Source of the DNA: Setoptus koraiensis
Lineage: Eukaryota > Animalia > Arthropoda
Direction: 5' to 3'
Assembly (NCBI GenBank): GCA_048013815.1
Contig: CM106585.1
Location: 21,018,001 to 21,082,000 of the forward strand
Length of the DNA: 64,000 bases
Shown one piece after another: positions 27,178 through 34,087 of this stretch. A program made the position numbers and the translations under genes. Position 1 is the first letter of the stretch, and each line of letters begins with the position of its first letter. The notes under the pieces were generated by a model, which saw nothing but the letters and a program-made list of their open reading frames with translations, was not told where the DNA came from and did no database searches.

Positions 27178-27468
27178 AAGGGTGTTTCAAGCAGAACCTG
27201 GATCAATAAAACACACTGTGCTGCGCGCTAAGCACATATTCTTTCCGAAGTGGTGATCAAATGAAATTCAGCACAACAAATCAGATGGACTGTGTTGAGG
27301 TCAAGAAAAGTCCCATTCACTTGGCACAATTATTAATTTCGCGCTGCACATAGTCTCTCTCTGCACGCTGTAACTTCCAGAGTGCATCGACAAATATCGA
27401 AAAAAAAGCACTGTGGAAGGCAGCGTAACATAAACAGTGCTTTTATCAGTTCTGCTTGAAACACCCTT
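27178..27468. mobile_element. Intact 291-bp MITE of Tc1/mariner (IS630-Tc1-mariner) type
   Basis: Perfect 20-bp TIRs AAGGGTGTTTCAAGCAGAAC (27178-27197) and GTTCTGCTTGAAACACCCTT (27449-27468), flanked by TA at 27176-77 and 27469-70. No ORF. Confidence 0.85.
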
Positions 27469-27716
27469 TATTAACTGTTTAATCAAAATGGTATCGATAT
27501 TATTACTATCATCATCATTATTATTATTAGCACAATTACTATTATCAAATTCGAACAACATCTATTATTAGTATTGCTACAATACATTTTAGCACCATGA
27601 TCGTGATATTTTACACTGTTTGTTTAGTTCTCATATTCATATATTCTTTATTTGTCCTAACCAATAATACGACATCCAATGCCGCTAATACATCACCATC
27701 ATCATCAAATATTCAG

Positions 27717-27926
27717 GCATCTTCAGACACCAAAACGTTAGCTAATCTTGCGTCTTCCTCACCATCTGCCAAGCAACCACTACCCTCGCTTAATATGGCA
27801 GCCAAATCATTCCCTCAAGATGCGAATGAACGAATGAGATCATTTCATGAAAGAAAACAAGCTCTTATTGATGCTGCTAAAGCAAGATATCTACGGAAAC
27901 ATTTGCAACAGCAGCAAAAACAATGA
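27717..27926 (+). CDS. AUP1: Last exon of AUP1 (C-terminal Ube2g2-binding G2BR helix)
   Basis: SFPQDANERMRSFHERKQALIDAAKARYLRKH resembles the AUP1 G2BR (human ...QESLQERKQALYEYARRRF). It sits at the very C-terminus with no VIM after it, unlike AMFR. Candidate acceptor ATTCAG| at 27716, phase 0; AATAAA at 27940. Upstream exons are not visible and probably lie in the junk region. Confidence 0.7.
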   Translation, partial: ASSDTKTLANLASSSPSAKQPLPSLNMAAKSFPQDANERMRSFHERKQALIDAAKARYLRKHLQQQQKQ

Positions 27927-28014
27927 TATTAATAATAATAATAAATAATGATAATTATATCAAGTGCGAATATTATGAATAAAAAACAAATCTAAAACGC
28001 ATTTATTGTCACTA

Positions 28015-30552
28015 TTAACGGCGTCTACCGCCACCCCGGCCACCACCTCTTCTGCCGGCCATGTTGCCTCCGCGACCACCAGCACCCCGGCCACCACCTC
28101 TTCTGCTGGCCATGTTGCCTCCGCGACCACCACCACGAGAGCTGGACCGTCCACCACGACCTCCGCCAGAATTGTGGCCAGCACCTTGACCTCCAGAGCC
28201 TTTCCCACTCTTGGCACTTCTCCCTCTTGATCCTTTTCGTCCCCCTCTCTGACCTCCACTCGGTTCCTTGGGAGCGTTTCTCTTGGCCTTCAATTTGGTC
28301 TTCATACGCAAGATGGCTTCTCTCTTATCCTTGATAAGTCTGTCCTTCAAGATAACTTCGGGCCGGCGTAACTCTGATCTTCTAGGATTGTTTTTTATTG
28401 TTTTTGCTTTCAATTTGGAAATATCACGATGATTACTCTTTCCACCCTTAGCGGCTTTGTTAGGAGTCTCTTCCATTTCATCCTCGTCGTCTTGTTGGTC
28501 AAACTTGGACTTGTTTTTCCATTTTTCGAACAGGCCACTTTGGTAAGAAGCGGCAATATAGGCGCCACTTTCAGTACGAATTTTCTTTACTTTCTTTTCG
28601 TTACCTGTTAATTGATCCTGAGTAACATACTTCTTTTTCTTGCGATCCCAGATCATCTGATGCTTTTGCTTTTTCATAACATTTTCATCGTCCGCGATAA
28701 TATCAAAAGTTGCCCTGTTCAAATCGTGGCTGAAAGAGCTCTTGTCAATCTCAAGACCTTTCTCTTTGTGCTGATCAGCAGGCTGATAATCTAGATAGAA
28801 CTCATCATCTTTGAATTTGCGCTTCTTGCCGTTCTTTGAAGAGCCGGTTATTTGAGTCTGGTGTTCCTCATAATCAGACCCCTCTGAATCGCATTCGTCT
28901 TCATTCTGTTTCTTTTTAGTTTGTACTACAATTTTGTCGTGAACATTTCGTTTTTTCTGCATGACTCCGAAGGCCTCAGTTGATCTATTACCTTTAATAT
29001 GGCCAACTTCAAATATTGTGGCCTGAGGTTTGAATGATTTAAGTCTATCCATGAGGTCAGTAACAGTCTCCTCAGAACAAACATTAGATCCTGGATTTGA
29101 ATCATTAACTGAGGGGTTCATTAGCTCGAATAAGGGATGTATTCCTATTGGTTTTTTGTGTAAGTCTTTCATAATCCTGACTGACTCGGCGCCAGGGGGT
29201 TGACGAGTTTTCATATAAGGTTTCATGGCGTTTTCACAAACTTTTACCATACCCTCAAGCTCAATATTGTGTTTATTCCAACGCCTCAGAGTGTCGTTCT
29301 CATCGTCGATAATATCTTGAGGTACACATCCGTACACTGCATTCGGTATTGAATCCAATTGTGCACCTGGAGAGATCTTATTTTTTGAACTCGCGGCAGT
29401 TGTCACAGACATGCCCAGGAAAAGATGTAGAGCATGCAAATATGGGGCTTCATCATGGGCAACAAGAGATATTGCACATCCTGATCTACCAGCTCGAGCC
29501 ACACGTCCTACTCTGTGTACAAATAGTTTAGGTTTCGAGGGGAAGTTGTAATTTATCACATTATCAAGAATTGGTATGTCGATACCTCTCGCCGCAACAT
29601 CCGTCACAAGCAAAACATTACACTTCTTACGCACAAACTTCTCTACATTTAATTTTCGAGCCTCTGGGTCTAGGCTACTGTAGACGTATGAGCAATCTAT
29701 AGAGGCATTAGTTAGCAACATCTTCAAATACTCAACATGATGCTTTGTGGCCATAAAGACAACGGTCGCTTGATCACTTTGAACGAAGTTCCTCAGTAGG
29801 TACAACAAAATTCCTGTCTTGTCCTGGTGATTACACAACAGATGAATAGTTTTCAGATTCTCGCTCAGATTGGAATCTACATCCAGGCGTATGAATACAG
29901 GATTCCTGAGACCAACTTTAGCAAAATCGGCCAATTTCTGAGGCATTGTTGCAGAGAACAGTAAGGTTTGTCTATTGTCTCCTAACCTAGAGCTTATCTC
30001 TAAAACTTGCTCCAGCTCTTTGTAGCCAGGTTCGAAGAGCCTGTCGGCCTCATCATATACAACATACTCCACAGTGGGTAGCTTAGATTTCATATCGACC
30101 AATACATGGGCAAGCCTACCCGGTGTGGCAATGAGAATATCAGGGCAACTAGTTATGGCCTCAAAGTCCTTGTCCATAGATTCTCCGCCTGTTATCAATG
30201 CCGTTCGCAAATCGGTATATTTTGTGAAATCTTGGACAAACTTATAAGTTTGTCTAGCCAATTCTCTGACAGGCGATATAATCAATGCACGTACGCCTTG
30301 TTTAGCTTGTCTACCCTTGAGCTTCTCTACCATGGGCAGTATGAAGGCTGCTGTTTTTCCACTACCTGTCCTTGCCATCGCCACAACGTCTCTTCCTGCC
30401 AGAACATGAGGTATACATTTTCGTTGTATCGGGGTGGCTATCTTGTACCCTCTCCTTATCACAGCCTTCACCACTGCCTTGTTGAATCCCATACTCTGGA
30501 AGGTTCCTTTGGCCTTCTTGGCGCGGGTCTTCATTATTTCCTCTGAATACAT
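28015..30552 (-). CDS. DDX54: DEAD-box RNA helicase DDX54/Dbp10 (60S biogenesis), intronless, 845 aa
   Basis: Q motif (FQSMG...PTPIQ-type ATPIQRKCIP), ARTGSGKT, DEADRLFE, SAT, HRVGRVARAGR, the DBP10CT-like WDRKKKKYV...KIRTESGAYIAASY segment, and an RGG tail. Confidence 0.97.
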   Translation of the reverse strand: MYSEEIMKTRAKKAKGTFQSMGFNKAVVKAVIRRGYKIATPIQRKCIPHVLAGRDVVAMARTGSGKTAAFILPMVEKLKGRQAKQGVRALIISPVRELARQTYKFVQDFTKYTDLRTALITGGESMDKDFEAITSCPDILIATPGRLAHVLVDMKSKLPTVEYVVYDEADRLFEPGYKELEQVLEISSRLGDNRQTLLFSATMPQKLADFAKVGLRNPVFIRLDVDSNLSENLKTIHLLCNHQDKTGILLYLLRNFVQSDQATVVFMATKHHVEYLKMLLTNASIDCSYVYSSLDPEARKLNVEKFVRKKCNVLLVTDVAARGIDIPILDNVINYNFPSKPKLFVHRVGRVARAGRSGCAISLVAHDEAPYLHALHLFLGMSVTTAASSKNKISPGAQLDSIPNAVYGCVPQDIIDDENDTLRRWNKHNIELEGMVKVCENAMKPYMKTRQPPGAESVRIMKDLHKKPIGIHPLFELMNPSVNDSNPGSNVCSEETVTDLMDRLKSFKPQATIFEVGHIKGNRSTEAFGVMQKKRNVHDKIVVQTKKKQNEDECDSEGSDYEEHQTQITGSSKNGKKRKFKDDEFYLDYQPADQHKEKGLEIDKSSFSHDLNRATFDIIADDENVMKKQKHQMIWDRKKKKYVTQDQLTGNEKKVKKIRTESGAYIAASYQSGLFEKWKNKSKFDQQDDEDEMEETPNKAAKGGKSNHRDISKLKAKTIKNNPRRSELRRPEVILKDRLIKDKREAILRMKTKLKAKRNAPKEPSGGQRGGRKGSRGRSAKSGKGSGGQGAGHNSGGGRGGRSSSRGGGRGGNMASRRGGGRGAGGRGGNMAGRRGGGRGGGRRR
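28032..28133 (-). repeat. 51-nt tandem duplication within the DDX54 RGG tail
   Basis: Units start at 28032 and 28083 and encode GGRGGNMA(S/G)RRGGGRG(A/G). Confidence 0.85.
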
Positions 30553-30666
30553 CTTGTACTGATTAATTTAGACTCTTTTCTATGACAACAAATTAATTTA
30601 ATAACAATTGTTGATCGTAATGAAAAACTTTTGATAGATTAACTCGGACTGCATGGTCAACAAAAC

Positions 30667-30672
30667 CACGTG
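30667..30672. promoter_or_regulatory. E-box CACGTG about 115 nt upstream of the DDX54 ATG (possible Myc site)
   Basis: Motif seen directly. Myc E-boxes near the TSS are typical of ribosome-biogenesis genes, but a single hexamer is weak evidence. Confidence 0.3.
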
Positions 30673-31244
30673 TGTAGAGAATTTGCTTCCATTCGGTGGG
30701 GGCGCGAAATTTGTAATTCTAAAGTGCGAATTCTCACATAATGAGTGACACAGGCTTGGAGCGTGTGGTTTGTTCAAAAGTGATATCTCGAGTCGGGATT
30801 CTCGACTAATCAGAAATTATATGATAACTCTGTGATGGTGGGCTCAAGACTTGTTTATTAGACGACATGCTCGTCTGTTGAGCATCGTTTTGCAAATATT
30901 AGTGACTTGCTAATAGTGAGCCCCCATGAACGATAAGAGCGAGAATTCTGCGCAATTAAACACGAAAGAAGAACACAGGACCTAGAATAATTCAAGCACA
31001 TCTAGATAAATAGTTTGCTCCAATGGCCAGAGTGCCAGATCCGATGTATACACTATGAGGAATATCATTCGAAAGGCTACGCTAAATGACACTGCCCTAA
31101 ATGAGTAAACTTCTTGCCCCATACTATTGCTAGATGTGGATCATGTAAGACGGAAGGAAGTTTTAAAAAAGTTAGAGGAAACGAGAAGACAATATTATGT
31201 TCTGATGTTCCATTTCAATATGGTCATTCATTTATTAAATCAAG

Positions 31245-32972
31245 TCAATATATCTCTATGGATAAAAGGTCGATATTGCTCTGCGTTTTGCTATTCTGAC
31301 GAAATAGTTGTGGCTTTTGCCAGGCCACATTGTCATCAATTTTTCCTCCTTTGAGCTCAACATGGATGTCTAAAAATTTTATCTCGTTGCCTGAGGAGTT
31401 CACTTCTGAACTGGTTATGGTGCACAATTGGTTGTGCTCAACTTTTTTAACAAATAGAGCTTTCTTTTCATCTCCTCGATGACCAATAAATGATATGTCA
31501 ATGGTTGTATCAGGATATATTTGGCAGTGTAAAGAGATTTCGATCCTCTTCCAAATGTTTTCTACCTCACTCAAATTAAATCTCCATGTTATTTCACCTG
31601 ACTGGTCAGCCGGGCAAGATTCATATCTCGACTGAGGGAGTGAATGCAAATGGATTATCATCAGATTACTATCAATCGTACATAGTTTAAAGATGTGTGC
31701 AGGTTGACATGAATGAGTACTCACAATATAGGCGATCTTCCAGTCCTTTTCAAATTTTCTTGCGACGTTTTTCGCTTCGTAAACCATAGAAAACCAGTTG
31801 GAGTTTGTGGAGATTTCACCAGATGTGCATGTATAAAGATCTTTACAACAGTTGTATTTCAGACTATATATACTACTGTTGGGCAGTTTCACCAGATTAG
31901 TATCAATATTTTTTATTGTAACAATATAATGAGAGTTTACGTGAGCAGAGAATTCTCCTCGAGCTATTCTCCACGATAGGGAGCCAGTCTTCCGCTGTGA
32001 TAAGTCCTCTGCATTGACTTTCTTTATGACATTCTCAGGAGTCCTTATAAAGCCAAGCAGCTCAAGTAATTTTCTTTTTCTTATCATATTTTTGAACGCC
32101 TCATTGCAACCACAGATAAGCCTCTCTGTGCTCACGACTAGATAATTCGCTAGCCAATTTTCATCACATAAGTTTCTTCTCGAGCACGTTTGCTTGAGAT
32201 CAATAATGTACCGCCATGTTACGTCTTGGACTTCAAATGGACTGAATGCTAAACAATAGTTTAATTTTTTGTTCCACCCCGCCTCATAGATGAGAGGTTG
32301 ATCAATGGCACCTTCGCCAGGATCAACATGGAGCCAACACTGACGTTTTTCGGACCAAACCTCACACCAAACATGATCAGTGAAATCAACCACCAATCTG
32401 GCATCGAAATTCAAAGATCTCAAAAACAGGTAAAAACAATTTGCCCATTCTCCACATCGACCTGTTCTTGTTTCGAGCAATTTTTCAGGATTTTCGTGTC
32501 GCGGAAATTCACTTGTCTGATTGCAGATTGTAAAATTAGGACATCGATAATATTCTACCAAAATACCGTCCCGTTGCCGGCGTGCAATTTGTTCCATCTC
32601 AGGCCTATCCGGGCACTGTGGACATTCTGGTTGGTCGTACCAAGTGAAAAAATCATTGGAAAACCAATCAACGACAAGAGGCAGCAGTGATTCGCGAAAA
32701 TCTTCATCGTTGTCAATGTTCAAGTCTGGTATCCTCTCCAAAAGATCAGATATTGGCACTAGTTGTTCTGCCCGCCGTAATAGGTCATTATTGGTGTGAT
32801 ATCTGGTTATTGTGTCTATAAATTGATCGATTTGAGCCTTCACTTGATTATGATAAATGAACATTGTAAACCATAAATGAGTATGGTTGAAATAATAGAA
32901 TCTATCTCGGTGAGAATAGCCCCAATTTTCGCAATGGACGCATCTTGCAAAAGGCAGTACAAAAAAAGACAA
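31245..32972 (-). CDS. NGLY1: Peptide:N-glycanase (PNGase): transglutaminase-like core plus PAW domain; 93-nt in-frame intron at 31632-31724; true start uncertain
   Basis: FFTWYDQPECPQC, EYYRC...C Zn site, RFPR-type EFPRHENPEKLLETRTGRCGEWANCF (catalytic Cys), DHVWCEV (His), WLHVDP (Asp), YEAGWNKKLNYCLAFS...DVTWRY, and C-terminal WQKPQLFRQ. Intron GTGAGT...CCTCAG. Confidence 0.95.
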   Translation of the reverse strand: MSFFVLPFARCVHCENWGYSHRDRFYYFNHTHLWFTMFIYHNQVKAQIDQFIDTITRYHTNNDLLRRAEQLVPISDLLERIPDLNIDNDEDFRESLLPLVVDWFSNDFFTWYDQPECPQCPDRPEMEQIARRQRDGILVEYYRCPNFTICNQTSEFPRHENPEKLLETRTGRCGEWANCFYLFLRSLNFDARLVVDFTDHVWCEVWSEKRQCWLHVDPGEGAIDQPLIYEAGWNKKLNYCLAFSPFEVQDVTWRYIIDLKQTCSRRNLCDENWLANYLVVSTERLICGCNEAFKNMIRKRKLLELLGFIRTPENVIKKVNAEDLSQRKTGSLSWRIARGEFSAHVNSHYIVTIKNIDTNLVKLPNSSIYSLKYNCCKDLYTCTSGEISTNSNWFSMVYEAKNVARKFEKDWKIAYIVSTHSCQPAHIFKLCTIDSNLMIIHLHSLPQSRYESCPADQSGEITWRFNLSEVENIWKRIEISLHCQIYPDTTIDISFIGHRGDEKKALFVKKVEHNQLCTITSSEVNSSGNEIKFLDIHVELKGGKIDDNVAWQKPQLFRQNSKTQSNIDLLSIEIY

Positions 32973-34087
32973 TCATGTATTGTGGCTGAACTGCTTGAAT
33001 ATCTGCAATAATGTTTCAAGAAATGACCGCTAGGTAGAGCCTCATCAGCAAATTGCCTTGTTTGTTTGATGGATAATTACAAATTGTGGAGATGGGGCGA
33101 TGGAAGTCTACTAATGGACGATAGGTACGGTTAACTTTGCTAACCAACCTATGCAATTAGCTTAATTAGTACAGAGCTCCCGTAACAGGAGTGATGCGCC
33201 CACCATCAAGGGTTGGATGTTAACTCTACGATGGTTGGACCAAAACTCTCTCGCGTGTCCGGACGAGTTAACGACATATACTAAAATATAATACTGTCAG
33301 TAAGTGATAGCATAAGTGTGAGGTTACTCAATAGTCTCCTGGAGAGCAGGCGGCTCACAAATTGTCCATGATCTGCAAGAGCACCAGACCAGGACACCGG
33401 TGATCCCAGTCTCTCTAGTCACTAGAGTCTAGTGAGAACAGGACACTTTGTGTTGCTTGCTCTAAAATGGAGATCATTTAATCGTCTTTCTAATTACGAT
33501 TGAGGCACGTAGTGAGATGATCTCATTGGCATCTAACAATGAATATCTCTATGTACTACATACTATGTAGCACATGTGGTTCGAGAACCGGATGCCAAGT
33601 AATATCCGAGGACGACTCGTTCATACATTTGTTCCTCTTTTAAGGGGGCGACCTCTGGTGTTAAAGTGCACTCAAACTTTGAATTCATGCTCACACAAGA
33701 CAATGCAACGAGCGGTAAACATGGCAGATTTGTTTGCAATCAGAGCTTTCATTGCATCATGCAACATGCTTGAGTCTGTGCCTTGTTGCGAGGCCGCAAC
33801 GCGTGCGCTGCGCGAACTACCAGCGCAGGGGGGAAGCATGAAGCTGAAGCCTCGTGCACACTCGATTGAATGGTTGTCTTGACTCAAGACTCTTGAGGAA
33901 TGTAAAACTCCAAAAATAGTCGTGAAACTCTTCCAGAAAGCCAAATACATCACAAGTATATAAAGGGTAGAATATCATCAATCATGTTCATTTGATTTTG
34001 CTCGCCAGCGATACTCAAACAAGTTGAAAAAATACACTATCCAACAATTGTTGCATCATAGTTTCAATCGTTTTTCTCTATTACTGG

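Noticed and set aside
30915-30927. GGGGGCTCACT on the minus strand, resembling RNase MRP CR-V
   Set aside because: The partner AAAGTCCCC (CR-I) is absent at the expected upstream position, and the motif pairs locally instead.
32990-33060. CTGATGA...GAAA on the minus strand, like a hammerhead ribozyme core
   Set aside because: No G-C pair closing stem II before GAAA, and no complementary stem I/III with a UH cleavage site.
33139-33152. CTAACCAACCTA as a possible telomerase template for TTAGG
   Set aside because: Only 6 nt (AACCTA) match the TTAGG register and they are buried in a stem; insufficient.
33274-33287. ACATATACTAAAAT, identical to part of U6 snRNA
   Set aside because: The flanks do not continue (no GTGCTCGCTTCGGC upstream, no TGGAACGATACAGAGA downstream); it is an AT-rich chance 14-mer.
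33501-33516. TGAGGCACGTAGTGAG, similar to miR-124
   Set aside because: The seed differs, and it sits in a 13-nt asymmetric bulge rather than a Dicer-type stem.
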